Source: a virus. From it: a stretch of DNA of 64,000 nt. The stretch lies in IMG/VR virus record IMGVR_UViG_3300045391_005035. The stretch is one strand, 5' to 3'. The notes beneath the pieces are model-generated. The model had not been told where the DNA came from. It made no database searches and saw nothing but the letters and a program-made list of their open reading frames with translations. The position numbers and the translations under genes were made by a program. This document shows positions 41,411-51,300 of this stretch, piece by piece. Each line of letters opens with the position of its first letter. Within the stretch, counting starts at the first letter, position 1.

Positions 41411-42773
41411 TTCGACGCCCGCCGATCCTCCGCCCCTCTCGCCCCTGACAGCCGTAGCCGACGAGTACGTCGATCGCACCGCGGACGAGGTGCAGATCCT
41501 CGAACGCCAGTTCAAGGGCGGCGGCTACGGGGGCCTGCCGTACATCGCGCCTCCTGCTCCGGGCCACGATACGAAGGGCTTGTGGCACTACTTCCCGGCG
41601 CACACACGCCAGGGGTACGCGGCGCACGCGATCGCGTTCCACAAGATGCTGCTCGACGAGATGAAGGTGCCGACCTCGCTCGTGCCGCATCGCTATGCCG
41701 CGCTCGACATCGAGCAGTTCCCGAAAGACCGGGCGGACATGCTCACCAAGTGGATGGCGGACGCGGTGGGACTGCCGGAGGCGGTGATCGTGTCGCTGCC
41801 GCCGGACGTCGGCATGTACGACATGACGCGGGCGCTCGTGAACTACGTCGCCGGCCCCGAGTGCACCGAGGTCAGCGCTCACACGGCCGAGCTGGTGAAC
41901 AGCGAGAAGCTCACGGCGCTCTGGTGCGTGAGTCCGTTCGCGGCGCGAGCGTACCTGAACGGTGGCGTGAGGCCGGCGAAGGTGCACGTGGTGCGGCCGG
42001 CGATCTGCGATGGAATCTGGCGGGACATGTTCACGCCGCTCACGGCGCTCACGCCACCGTCGCGCAGCACGTTCGTCTTCGGAACGCTCGGCACGTGGCA
42101 CGAGCGCAAGGGTTTCCACGACCTGCTGCGCGCGTACTTCGCCTCCTTCACGCGCTCGGACGACGTCGAGCTGCATCTTCGTACCTCGTCGCTCGACAGC
42201 AAGCTGTCGATCAAGAAGTTCGAGGAGAAGGTGATCGCCGAGATCGCGGATATCGCCAAGGAGTACGGCGACACGGGCTTTCCCGCGAGCAAGAAGCAGC
42301 CCCGCATCAAGCTCCTGACCGGCACCTCGCTCACCGAGCAGGAGGTCATCAGCTGGCTCGGGTCGCTCGACTGCTTCGTGAACCCGTCCTACGGCGAGGG
42401 GCTTGGGATCCCGCAGATGTGGGCGCTCGCGCAGGGCGTGAGGCTCGTGACGTCGGACTTCGGAGCCGTGGGCGAGTTTGCCACCTCAGTGCTCGACGTT
42501 CCGACGTTCAAGTCGCGACTGGTCCAGGTGCCGGCGTCCATGCGTGGCCACTCGTCCGCCTGGGGCGAGAAGTCGATGTGGGGCGGCTACGCGGTCAAGG
42601 ACCTCGCAGCGTCCATGCTCGAAGCGTCGAAGCGTCGCGACCGAGATCGTGACGCGGCGCAGACCACGCGTTCGCACTTCTCGTACAAGGCGACGCGGCC
42701 CGGGGCCGAGAAGGCGCTCGCGCAGCTGTGCCGCCCGGAGATCTTCGCTGGCTGGGGCTTGAAGGCGCCGTGA
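41400..42773 (+). CDS. glycosyltransferase, GT-B (GT4-like); start uncertain (41367-41400)
   Basis: FVFGTLG...RKG..DLLRAY, VNPSYGEGLGIP. Confidence 0.85.
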   Translation: MSDTSTPADPPPLSPLTAVADEYVDRTADEVQILERQFKGGGYGGLPYIAPPAPGHDTKGLWHYFPAHTRQGYAAHAIAFHKMLLDEMKVPTSLVPHRYAALDIEQFPKDRADMLTKWMADAVGLPEAVIVSLPPDVGMYDMTRALVNYVAGPECTEVSAHTAELVNSEKLTALWCVSPFAARAYLNGGVRPAKVHVVRPAICDGIWRDMFTPLTALTPPSRSTFVFGTLGTWHERKGFHDLLRAYFASFTRSDDVELHLRTSSLDSKLSIKKFEEKVIAEIADIAKEYGDTGFPASKKQPRIKLLTGTSLTEQEVISWLGSLDCFVNPSYGEGLGIPQMWALAQGVRLVTSDFGAVGEFATSVLDVPTFKSRLVQVPASMRGHSSAWGEKSMWGGYAVKDLAASMLEASKRRDRDRDAAQTTRSHFSYKATRPGAEKALAQLCRPEIFAGWGLKAP

Positions 42774-43861
42774 TCGACCTCGTGGGGCACTTCGGGTCGC
42801 GTCTGTCGTACGCGACGATCGCCAACCAGCTCGTCCACGCCCTCACAGCGTGCGACTCGCTGGGAAACGTTACGAACCTCGACGACAAGTTCGTCGACGA
42901 CGCGCTGGCAGCACGAGCGCGGATGCCGCTCGGCAAGAAGGTGCTCCTCCTCTCCGACGCACGCTTGTACCTGATCGAGACGCTCGTCGAGCAGTACGGT
43001 CGCGACAACGTCGCGGTGTTCGTGTGCCCGAACACGACGCGTCTCAGCGAAGAGCGCGTGAGCGTGTGTCGAGCGGTCGGCAGGATCTACACGCCGTCCG
43101 TGTGGTGCCGGGACACGATCTGGAACTGCGACGACATGGGCGACGCACACGTCGAGGTCATGCCGCTCGGCGTCGATGCTCCGTTCACGAGCGGCTGGAT
43201 CGACCGCCGGGCACGTCCACCATCGCCGCTGCGCATGCTGCACGTGACCACCGACACGTTCTGGCCAGGCCGCAAGGGCACCGAGGAGCTGCTCAAGGCG
43301 TGGGCGCAGGCCGCGCCGTGGATGCAGCGGCGGGCAGAGTTGACGGTGCATTGCTTGGCGCAGCTCTATCCTGCGATTCACCAGGAGCTTGGCGATCTCG
43401 GCTTGCTCGACTCGGTGAAGACGATCTACGCGCCGGCTCGCGGCTCGACACCGGAAGAGCTGTGCACACTGTTCGCGGAGCACGACCTGCTCGTCGCTCC
43501 GTCTCGCTCCGAAGGCTTCGGCGTCATGCCGTTGTCAGCGCTGGTCAGCGGCACTCCGGTGCTTACGACGGCCGGCACCGGGCAGGACTACTTGGCCGAG
43601 CTGACTGAGGAGGGGGATCCGGTGCTGGGGGGCTGGATGCAGATCCCGACGCTCGGACAGAGCGAGCTGAGCGGCGAGGACGGCGAAGCTCCGACGGTTC
43701 GTGTGGAGCAGCTCGCACTCTCGATGCTTGGCGGCATCGAGGCCTACGAGCAGCTTGTGTACGGAGTGCGCGACAACTGGAAGATGCAGGCCGAGTGGTC
43801 GTGGTCGGCTCGCAGAACGCAATGGGCACGGTCGTTGTTGGAGTGGGAGGAAACGTCATGA
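42770..43861 (+). CDS. glycosyltransferase, GT-B (GT4-like)
   Basis: RKGTEELLKAW, APSRSEGFGVMPLSALVSGTPV. Confidence 0.85.
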   Translation: MIDLVGHFGSRLSYATIANQLVHALTACDSLGNVTNLDDKFVDDALAARARMPLGKKVLLLSDARLYLIETLVEQYGRDNVAVFVCPNTTRLSEERVSVCRAVGRIYTPSVWCRDTIWNCDDMGDAHVEVMPLGVDAPFTSGWIDRRARPPSPLRMLHVTTDTFWPGRKGTEELLKAWAQAAPWMQRRAELTVHCLAQLYPAIHQELGDLGLLDSVKTIYAPARGSTPEELCTLFAEHDLLVAPSRSEGFGVMPLSALVSGTPVLTTAGTGQDYLAELTEEGDPVLGGWMQIPTLGQSELSGEDGEAPTVRVEQLALSMLGGIEAYEQLVYGVRDNWKMQAEWSWSARRTQWARSLLEWEETS

Positions 43862-44148
43862 GCGAGAAGAGCATGTCGAAGGGTCCGATCTTGCGAGCGC
43901 TGGGGGGCGGAGAGGTTCGCGTCCTGACGACGCGCAAGGACTGCGAGACGCGGACGATCACCATGGGCGAGCAGTCCGCGCCGGCGCTGGCCGACTCGTT
44001 GATCGCCTTCCGAGCGGACAGCTACCGCGAGTTCGAGCCTGGCAGCGACCTCTGGGACTTCGTGGTCGTCGAGAACGGCGAGAAGCTCCACGTGTACCTC
44101 GCCGGGGACGACATCTTCATGCTCTACGCGCCGAGCGCGGTGCTCTGA
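43858..44148 (+). CDS. hypothetical protein
   Basis: GAGG RBS, coupled. Confidence 0.6.
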   Translation: MSEKSMSKGPILRALGGGEVRVLTTRKDCETRTITMGEQSAPALADSLIAFRADSYREFEPGSDLWDFVVVENGEKLHVYLAGDDIFMLYAPSAVL

Positions 44149-44513
44149 TGGCCAGCAAGGAGGTGCTTCTCGAAGCGTGCGCACGTGCTGCGCACGAGGC
44201 GAACCGGGCCTACTGCATCGCGATCGGGGATATGTCGCAGCCCTCGTGGGACGACGCACCCGAGTGGCAGAAGAGCAGCGCACGCAACGGCGTGTCCGGC
44301 GCTCTCGCTGGAGCCACGCCCGAGCAGTCGCACGAGTCGTGGCTGGCCGAGAAGGTTGCGACCGGCTGGAAGTACGGCCCGGTGAAGGATCCGGAGAAGA
44401 AAGAGCACCACTGCATCGTCCCGTACAACGAACTGCCCAAGGAGCAGCGGGCCAAGGACGCGATCTACATCGCCGTTGTCTGCGCCGTGAGCGCTGCGCT
44501 CGACCGAGCATGA
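44148..44513 (+). CDS. RyR-domain protein
   Basis: AHEANRAYC, SHESW..K..GWKYGPVKD..KKEH.CIVPY.ELP.EQRAKD. Confidence 0.85.
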   Translation: MASKEVLLEACARAAHEANRAYCIAIGDMSQPSWDDAPEWQKSSARNGVSGALAGATPEQSHESWLAEKVATGWKYGPVKDPEKKEHHCIVPYNELPKEQRAKDAIYIAVVCAVSAALDRA

Positions 44514-44743
44514 ACGACGTCCCGACAGGTCTGGGTGCCACGAATGTGCGGATGACGTTTCGCACGTTCAAGGCGTACGTGCAGAAGCTGCGCGTGATCG
44601 CTCAGGCGCACGACCTGCGGCTCGGGCGAAGGCTCAGTCTGGGCGCGGCGCTGAACCTGCTGATCGGCAGCTACGACGCGTCGATCGAGCAACGCATGGT
44701 GGACAAGAAGAAGAGCAAGAAGAAGAAGGGAGTGAGGCAATGA
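44510..44743 (+). CDS. small basic protein (possible ribbon-helix-helix)
   Basis: short beta then two helices; Lys-rich tail. Confidence 0.55.
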   Translation: MNDVPTGLGATNVRMTFRTFKAYVQKLRVIAQAHDLRLGRRLSLGAALNLLIGSYDASIEQRMVDKKKSKKKKGVRQ

Positions 44744-45294
44744 GCGACGACGAGAAGCAGCCGGAGCAGCGTGAGATCAACGAAGAGCTGGCGCGGCAGA
44801 TGGGCGACAGGGTGAAGCCCGACGTGCCGACGGGGCTCGCGACGATCCCGAAGGGCATGAGCGCATCGACGCTGGCGCGCCGGATCGGCGGGGAGATCCA
44901 GCAGAACGAGATGGAGTTCCACTGCATGACCTGCGGCTGGAGCGGCTCGCTGCACTTCGACAAGGACGAGATGGAGGCGCTCGACAACAACATCCGCGAC
45001 TACACCGGTCCGTGTCCGCGGAAGGATCCCGCGCCGTGCGGGATGATGACCCTCACGCCGAAGGACGCGCTCTGGGGCAACGACTTCCCGTCGATGTCCG
45101 CGCTCGCGCAGAAGAACAAGCGCGCCGAGGCTCGCGTGAACGCCGAGGAGTTCGTCGACGTCGTTGCCGAGAAGGTCGGCGACATGATGGGCGGAGCGAT
45201 TCCGAAGTCCCCGGCCTCGGCACCCGCCGCGGAAGAGGGCGAGAAGGCGGACGCGACCGACGAGGTCGACGTCACCAAGCTCACGCCGCGCTGA
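44740..45294 (+). CDS. hypothetical protein
   Basis: HCMTCG, CP...C. Confidence 0.7.
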   Translation: MSDDEKQPEQREINEELARQMGDRVKPDVPTGLATIPKGMSASTLARRIGGEIQQNEMEFHCMTCGWSGSLHFDKDEMEALDNNIRDYTGPCPRKDPAPCGMMTLTPKDALWGNDFPSMSALAQKNKRAEARVNAEEFVDVVAEKVGDMMGGAIPKSPASAPAAEEGEKADATDEVDVTKLTPR

Positions 45295-46751
45295 TGCTCG
45301 TCCTCTGCATTCCCACGCTGAGCCCCGGCGGCGCGAAGCGCACGGCGAAGCTCATCGAGGCCGCAATGCGCGGCTCGATCGTCCCTGACCTATTCTTCGT
45401 CATCGACAACGGCGGCCATTTCTCCGTCGACCAGCTTCCGGTGTACGAGGACGAGGACGTCCAGCTGATGGTTCTGCATCCGGGAGCGAACATCGGCGTC
45501 GGCCCGGCATGGAACGAGGCGCTGCGGCGGTTTCCGGATGCGACGATCGTCTTCGCCAACGACGACATCACGCTCATGCCGGAGAGCATCGAGGCGCTCG
45601 TCGCGCCCAGCGCGAAGGTGTCGATGGTCTGCACCGACGGCCACAGCTTCTCGTTCTTCCTGCTGACGCCGGAGCACGTTCGCCGCGTCGGATACTTCGA
45701 CGAGGGCTTCGCCCCCGCCTACTACGAGGACACGGACTACCTTCGCCGGATGGCGATCGCCGGTGCTCCGCGAACGCTGGTGCCGACGAACAGCTCGCAC
45801 AGCGAGCAGAGCACATCGCGCGACATGGGATGGGACGCGCAGGTCCTCATCGACAAGCAAGCGATACGGTACGCGGCGAAGTGGGGCGGCTTCCCGGGCG
45901 AGGAGACGTTCGCCCACCCGTTCGGCATCGACCTGGAGGTCTGCGTTCCGTCGTGCAGCACGGCGAACCTCCAGCGCCTCATCGACAGTCTCGCGTGGCA
46001 GACAGTGCGTCCGAGCGCCGTCACGATCGCCTCGAACGCGGACATACAGATCGACACACGCGGGCTTCGTGTGAGGCAGGTGAAGTTCTGGTCGGATGCG
46101 TACGCGATCGGCGACGGTGACGTATCGCTCCGTCGCAACGTCGCGACATGGGCGGCGACGTCGCCGTACATCGTCTACTCGGACGACGATCAGGTGTGGC
46201 CGCAGACCGCGCTGGAGTGGTTCGCACGACGCTTCACGACGGGGGAGCACTTCGTGGTCGGCCATCACCGCTTCGTGGAGAACATCGAGGCGCGTTGGCA
46301 GGGGCTGCGCAACGCGAAGCCGGAGGTCGGCGCGGCGAGAGAGAAGCATCCGAACCAGGAGCACTGGTGGCAGAGCTGCTGGGGCGGCTGTATCGGGGCG
46401 CACGCCATGATGATCAAGTTCGGCGTTGGCGGTTGGGACATGGGGTACCCGAGCGGCGAAGACCAGCAGCTGTGCCGGCGGGTCGTCGGCATGGGCGACG
46501 ACAGCCAGGTCCGCGTGCACGAGCCACCGTGGGCCTGGCACGAGAAGGAAGCCGTCCATGGGGCCCCGTGGGTCGAGCCACACCGCAACGCGTGCGCGAA
46601 GGGGACGCATGTCATGGTTTCGGACGAGGTGCGTCCGGAGGTGTCGCGCTGCACGCAGTGCGCGCTGCTGCGCCGCACCGACGACAAGACGTGGCCGACG
46701 ATCCAGCTCTACGATCCGTCGAAGGTTCGCATCGAGACCCGCTGGTTGTGA
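45294..46751 (+). CDS. two-domain GT-A (GT2-like) glycosyltransferase
   Basis: VIDNG, N.GV..AWN, FANDD, GYFDE...YYEDTD; second RN....YSDDD. Confidence 0.85.
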   Translation: MLVLCIPTLSPGGAKRTAKLIEAAMRGSIVPDLFFVIDNGGHFSVDQLPVYEDEDVQLMVLHPGANIGVGPAWNEALRRFPDATIVFANDDITLMPESIEALVAPSAKVSMVCTDGHSFSFFLLTPEHVRRVGYFDEGFAPAYYEDTDYLRRMAIAGAPRTLVPTNSSHSEQSTSRDMGWDAQVLIDKQAIRYAAKWGGFPGEETFAHPFGIDLEVCVPSCSTANLQRLIDSLAWQTVRPSAVTIASNADIQIDTRGLRVRQVKFWSDAYAIGDGDVSLRRNVATWAATSPYIVYSDDDQVWPQTALEWFARRFTTGEHFVVGHHRFVENIEARWQGLRNAKPEVGAAREKHPNQEHWWQSCWGGCIGAHAMMIKFGVGGWDMGYPSGEDQQLCRRVVGMGDDSQVRVHEPPWAWHEKEAVHGAPWVEPHRNACAKGTHVMVSDEVRPEVSRCTQCALLRRTDDKTWPTIQLYDPSKVRIETRWL

Positions 46752-47422
46752 CCGTGGACGTCTCGGTGATCATGCCAGTCTGTGCCTGGCCGGCGCCGGA
46801 CGACATGAGCGGTCTCCCTCATCCACAGCTGGGAGCAGCGCTTGCGTCTGTCGCGGCCGCTACGACGTCGAACATCGAGCTGATCGTCGGCGTAGACGGC
46901 CATGCCACGGCGGTGCTCGATGCGGTGCGTGGCTGGGAAGCGCCAAAGAATGTCGCCGTGCACGTGCACGCGTTCGAGAAGCAGAAGGCGGTGACGTTCG
47001 GCAACTACCAACGGAACCAGGTCCTCGAACGCAGGCTGGCAACCGGACGACTCATCTGTTGGCAGGACCAGGACGACCAGTTCTTTCCAGGCGCGCTTGG
47101 TCACGTGATCGCACTCGCGAACGAGCATCCGGGCCGACCGCTCATTTTCAAGATGCAGGTCTGCTCGGACAGCTTCCATTCGCCCCCGTTCGTGCTCTGG
47201 CGGGAGCGCGGTCGAATCGAGCGGAATCACATCGGTGGCCACATGCTCGTGGTGCCGAACGAGCCGGAGCTGCTTGGTCGGTGGGTTCCGGAGACCTCTT
47301 ACGCAGCAGACTTCGACTTCATCGAGGAGACGCTGCGTCGGTTCGCGGTGGCGGGTCGCGAACCTGTCTGGTCAGAGACATACATCAGCAACCTGAGACC
47401 GCATACGATGGGGGGACGATGA
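46748..47422 (+). CDS. GT2-like glycosyltransferase
   Basis: VSVIMP, VGVDG, RN, WQDQDD, ADFDF. Confidence 0.8.
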   Translation: MTVDVSVIMPVCAWPAPDDMSGLPHPQLGAALASVAAATTSNIELIVGVDGHATAVLDAVRGWEAPKNVAVHVHAFEKQKAVTFGNYQRNQVLERRLATGRLICWQDQDDQFFPGALGHVIALANEHPGRPLIFKMQVCSDSFHSPPFVLWRERGRIERNHIGGHMLVVPNEPELLGRWVPETSYAADFDFIEETLRRFAVAGREPVWSETYISNLRPHTMGGR

Positions 47423-47916
47423 GCTGCGTGCTTCGAGAGGTGACGGAGGCGGACCTGGAAGTGCTGCGTTGTCACCGCAACCGAGACGACACGAGGTGTT
47501 GGCTCGGCTCCGATGTGACGATCTCCGAGGCGGATCAGCGGCGCTGGTGGCAGAGCGGTGGAGCGTCGCCGATTCGGATCGCGGTCGTCGACGGCGTCGA
47601 CGTCGGCATGGCGCGCGTCGACATCGACGAAGAGCGCGCCCAGGCGTGCGTGGGGTCGGACGTGTTCGCGGAGCACCGAGGGAAGCGGCTCGGACACGAC
47701 GTGTTTCGCGCTGCCTGTCTCCACGCGGCGGCCGCCGGGGCCAAGATGCTGTGGCTCCAGGTGTTCATCGAGAACACGCCCGCCGTGAAGATCTACCTGA
47801 AGGCCGGCTTCGTGTTCCACCCTGGTCACCATGTCACGCCGATCTGGCGCATGATCCCTGGCCGCTCGTATCCGATCGAGCTTCACTACGCACACATGCG
47901 GAGGTTCAACTCATGA
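47419..47916 (+). CDS. GNAT acetyltransferase (PseH/RimL-like)
   Basis: LREV..DL, HRGKRLG, N.PA..IY.KAGF. Confidence 0.85.
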   Translation: MSCVLREVTEADLEVLRCHRNRDDTRCWLGSDVTISEADQRRWWQSGGASPIRIAVVDGVDVGMARVDIDEERAQACVGSDVFAEHRGKRLGHDVFRAACLHAAAAGAKMLWLQVFIENTPAVKIYLKAGFVFHPGHHVTPIWRMIPGRSYPIELHYAHMRRFNS

Positions 47917-49019
47917 TCCCGATGTTCCGCCCTCCCACGATCGACAAGCAGAAGGCGCTCGAACTGATCTCCAGCGCTCTCGACAGAGGCTACATCGGCG
48001 AAGGTCCGCTTTGCGCACAGCTCGAACAGGAGCTGACGAAGGTCATGCAACTGCCGCGAGCGCCGCTCTACATGAACTCGTGCACGTCGGCGCTTCGTCT
48101 GGCGTACCACCTCGCCGGGGCTCGCCCAGGCGCGGAGGTCATCTGCACGCCGATGACATGTCTCGCGACGGCGACCGCGATCCTGGAGACCGGCGCGTCC
48201 ATCGCCTGGGCCGACGTCGATCCGGAGACCGGCAACATCTCCCCAGAGTCCGTGGCGCGCATGGTGCAGCCGCGCACCGTCGCCGTGGCAGCCGTCGATT
48301 GGGGCGGTCGTGTCTGCGACTTCGAGCGCCTGCGCGAGATCACCGCCGGTATCTCTCTCGTCGAGGACGCGGCGCACGCGTTCGGCGCAGAGCGCTCGCG
48401 GTGGGCGCAGCGTGGCGACTTCGTCTGCTGGTCGGCACAGGCGATCAAGCACTGGACCACAGCAGACGGCGGACTGCTCATGTGCCCCGGCAGTGCGCTG
48501 ACGGAGCGAGCACGGCTGCTTCGCTGGTTCGGGCTCGATCGGACGCGCGGCGCCAGCATGCGCTGCCTCCAAAACGTGCCCGAGGCCGGGTTCAAGATGC
48601 AGGGCAACGACATCCTCGCGTCGATCGGACTCGCGAGCCTCGTCGGCATCGAAGCGCGCCTCGCGCGGCACCGCGCGCACGCGACGCGCTACCGAGAGGA
48701 GCTGAGCGCAGTGCCTCACGTTCGGCTGATGCCGGACGACCCGGGGTCGCCGTGGTGGTTCTTCGGGCTCCGTGTGTCGAACCCCACGCGCTTCGCGCGG
48801 TTCATGGCCGACCGCGACATCGAGGCGGGTCAGGTGCACGCGCGGCTCGACACGCAGGCGTGCTTCGACGGCGCCAGATCTGACCAGCTCTCCGGGCTGG
48901 AGGAGTTCTCGGCGCACCAGGTGAACCTGCCCTGCGGGTCGCACCTCGCGGACGAAGACGTAGAAGTCATCATCCGTGCGGTCGAGGCGTGGGGTCACAG
49001 CGAAGCGGCGAGGTGGTGA
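47913..49019 (+). CDS. DegT/DnrJ/EryC1/StrS PLP-dependent sugar aminotransferase
   Basis: NSCTSAL, WADVDP, VEDAAHAFG, SAQAIKHWTTADGG. Confidence 0.93.
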   Translation: MIPMFRPPTIDKQKALELISSALDRGYIGEGPLCAQLEQELTKVMQLPRAPLYMNSCTSALRLAYHLAGARPGAEVICTPMTCLATATAILETGASIAWADVDPETGNISPESVARMVQPRTVAVAAVDWGGRVCDFERLREITAGISLVEDAAHAFGAERSRWAQRGDFVCWSAQAIKHWTTADGGLLMCPGSALTERARLLRWFGLDRTRGASMRCLQNVPEAGFKMQGNDILASIGLASLVGIEARLARHRAHATRYREELSAVPHVRLMPDDPGSPWWFFGLRVSNPTRFARFMADRDIEAGQVHARLDTQACFDGARSDQLSGLEEFSAHQVNLPCGSHLADEDVEVIIRAVEAWGHSEAARW

Positions 49020-49741
49020 TGGCTCCCCGGGTGAACTACGTGCTGTGCGCCTGGTCCGGCAAGAGGCGGACGCCCGACGTGCGGCGTGAGGTCGACGGTG
49101 CGTTCTACCTGCGCACGCACCTCCGATCACTGCGCGATCTGCGGCATCGGCTGGACCAGATCACGCTGATGGTCCCGGAGAACCAGGCGGAGCCCCCAGA
49201 GTTCCGCGAGCTGCTGCGGCAGCTTCCGCCGCGCGTGCGTGACACGCCCATCGTCGTGATGGAGCGTCCGAACATCGGACTGTCGTACGGATCGCTCTCC
49301 GACTGCTTCGCTCGGTACCGCTGCGACTTCGACTACTACTTCTTCATGGAGGACGACTACGTGTTCACGCAGCACGAGTTCGACCGTCTCCACGTGGAGG
49401 AGATGGAAGCGGATCCAAAGTGCGGCTACCTGTGCGGGCTCGCGTGGACGAACGGCCTGCCGCTGCACGCCGGCATCGCGAACGGCATCATGCGCGCGAC
49501 GGCGCTGGAGCGCGTGTTCTCGTCGTTCGGCGGGAAGATCCCCCACGCCAACGACGCGTCGTACCGACTCGGCGAGGCGACAGGCCAGGTCGGACAGAGT
49601 CAGGCGATCCTCTCGACTGGGTACACGCTGAAGGACTGGAAGGGGAAGTACCGCGTGCTCTTCCGCGAGCACACGGGCGACCTCAAGGAGTTCCACAGCG
49701 ACCAGAAGGTCACGTCGCCGCTGATGATGCGACCCGTATAA
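49019..49741 (+). CDS. putative GT-A glycosyltransferase
   Basis: RPNIGLSYG, YYFFMEDD. Confidence 0.65.
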   Translation: MAPRVNYVLCAWSGKRRTPDVRREVDGAFYLRTHLRSLRDLRHRLDQITLMVPENQAEPPEFRELLRQLPPRVRDTPIVVMERPNIGLSYGSLSDCFARYRCDFDYYFFMEDDYVFTQHEFDRLHVEEMEADPKCGYLCGLAWTNGLPLHAGIANGIMRATALERVFSSFGGKIPHANDASYRLGEATGQVGQSQAILSTGYTLKDWKGKYRVLFREHTGDLKEFHSDQKVTSPLMMRPV

Positions 49742-49755
49742 ATCCGGAGTGGCGC

Positions 49756-49998
49756 GTGGACATCGAGAGCACCAAGGCGGCGCGCTCAGCCCTGCGCGCA
49801 GAGACCGACCGCGGACTGAAGGCGCTCCAGACGGGCGACCGTGACGAGGCTCTGCGGCACCTCGCGCTGGGTGCGTACTATCTCGGGCACCTGCACTCGC
49901 TCGACCCGTCGCTACAGGCGCACGTGCTCGGTACTGAGCCGTACACAGACCCTGACGACGCGCGGTTCCACGCGTTCATGCATCGGCTGCTACGCTAG
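49756..49998 (+). CDS. hypothetical protein
   Basis: GGAG RBS. Confidence 0.55.
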   Translation: MDIESTKAARSALRAETDRGLKALQTGDRDEALRHLALGAYYLGHLHSLDPSLQAHVLGTEPYTDPDDARFHAFMHRLLR

Positions 49999-50489
49999 AC
50001 GACGTAGGGCGCCGTCCAAGTCTTGAATGCGCCATAGGCCAGTACGAGGCCGGCGACCGCACCGATCGCCGGTCGCTTCGAGACCGCGCCGATGGCTCCG
50101 GCGGCGATCCCAGCGGCAATCGCGGCCTGCAACCCGGCGCCCAAGGCATCCCGCGTCCTGGTCGTCCAGGAGGCGTTCAGAGCGCTCCCAGAGCAAGCCA
50201 GGTCTGTGAGCGTCTGACCGAGTCCGTCGCCCGGCCGAACGCCTCTGCTGGGCGTGTCGAGCCACGGCTGGGGATACCTGTACGGGCCGCCGCACAGAAG
50301 CCGCTCCCCGTGCAGCCCAGCGCCTTCTGGGCGGCTCCAGGCGATGATGTCCGGAGCGCCGGTGATCCAGCTCCCATGCTCGACGTACCCGGGCGTCTGA
50401 AGGTAGGCCAGTTCGGGCGACAGGAAGTTCACCTGCCCTGGAACCTGCTTACCGATGTTCTGACCGAGTCCACGTCGCCGGTAGCTCAT
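49995..50489 (-). CDS. MSY/GLGQ-family protein with C-terminal TM segments
   Basis: TGC-TACCAT-7 nt-ATG; MSYRRRGLGQ...GDGLGQ; two hydrophobic helices. Confidence 0.75.
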   Translation of the reverse strand: MSYRRRGLGQNIGKQVPGQVNFLSPELAYLQTPGYVEHGSWITGAPDIIAWSRPEGAGLHGERLLCGGPYRYPQPWLDTPSRGVRPGDGLGQTLTDLACSGSALNASWTTRTRDALGAGLQAAIAAGIAAGAIGAVSKRPAIGAVAGLVLAYGAFKTWTAPYVV

Positions 50490-50535
50490 GTTGGGCATGG
50501 TAGCAGGGCTTGGAGGGCCGGTGTAGCATCGACGC

Positions 50536-51300
50536 ATGCTCATGGGGTACGACGCAGGGATCAGCACGTCCGACGAAGCGGACTCCTGGGACGCGCAGAC
50601 GCGGCAAGTGCATTGGCCGATCGGCGCCGTCTTGAACAGCGAGTACGCGCCCGCGCTGCGCGCCCTCGGACTTCTCGATCCAGTCTCCTCGAAGCTCGGC
50701 ACCGGCGGCTTCGGCTGCGCGTACCACGTGACGCTGTTCGGTCGCGACGCCGTTCTGAAGCTCACTCGCGACCCGCTGGAAGTCGTCGCGAGCTGGGCCC
50801 TGCGCGGCAAGACGACGGAGCACGTGGTGCCGATCCACGAGGTGTGGTCGCTACCGAAGATGCAGAAGTACCCGCACTGGGCGTCGTGGTGGGTCATCCA
50901 CCGCGACTACCTGCACGACTTCTCGAAGCGCGACGGCGACCTGCTCCAGACCGTGTTCGATGTCTGGAAGGACGAAGATCTCGGGCTCAGCATCCCGCGG
51001 GCGGGCGTGTCCGGGCGCGCTACGCGCGAGAAGTGGCGCGCATGCATGCGGGAGCACACGCACTGCACGCCGATCGAGGTGAGCCGAGCGCTCGTGCTCC
51101 TCGATCAGATCTCGAAGGGCATTCGCGAGATGGGCCAGATCGGCATCGACTGGACCGACATCCTCCCAGACAACTTGCTGCGCGACCGGTCGGGCGCGCT
51201 GCGGATCGCCGATGTCGGCTTCGGGCAACCGAAGCGCGACATCGAGTGCGAACCGCCAGAGCTGACGCTTGACCTGGCGCGCCAGTACCGAGGTGCGTGA
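50536..51300 (+). CDS. protein-kinase-like / APH-fold phosphotransferase
   Basis: LGTGGFGCAY, VLKL, TDILPDN, IADVG. Confidence 0.75.
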   Translation: MLMGYDAGISTSDEADSWDAQTRQVHWPIGAVLNSEYAPALRALGLLDPVSSKLGTGGFGCAYHVTLFGRDAVLKLTRDPLEVVASWALRGKTTEHVVPIHEVWSLPKMQKYPHWASWWVIHRDYLHDFSKRDGDLLQTVFDVWKDEDLGLSIPRAGVSGRATREKWRACMREHTHCTPIEVSRALVLLDQISKGIREMGQIGIDWTDILPDNLLRDRSGALRIADVGFGQPKRDIECEPPELTLDLARQYRGA

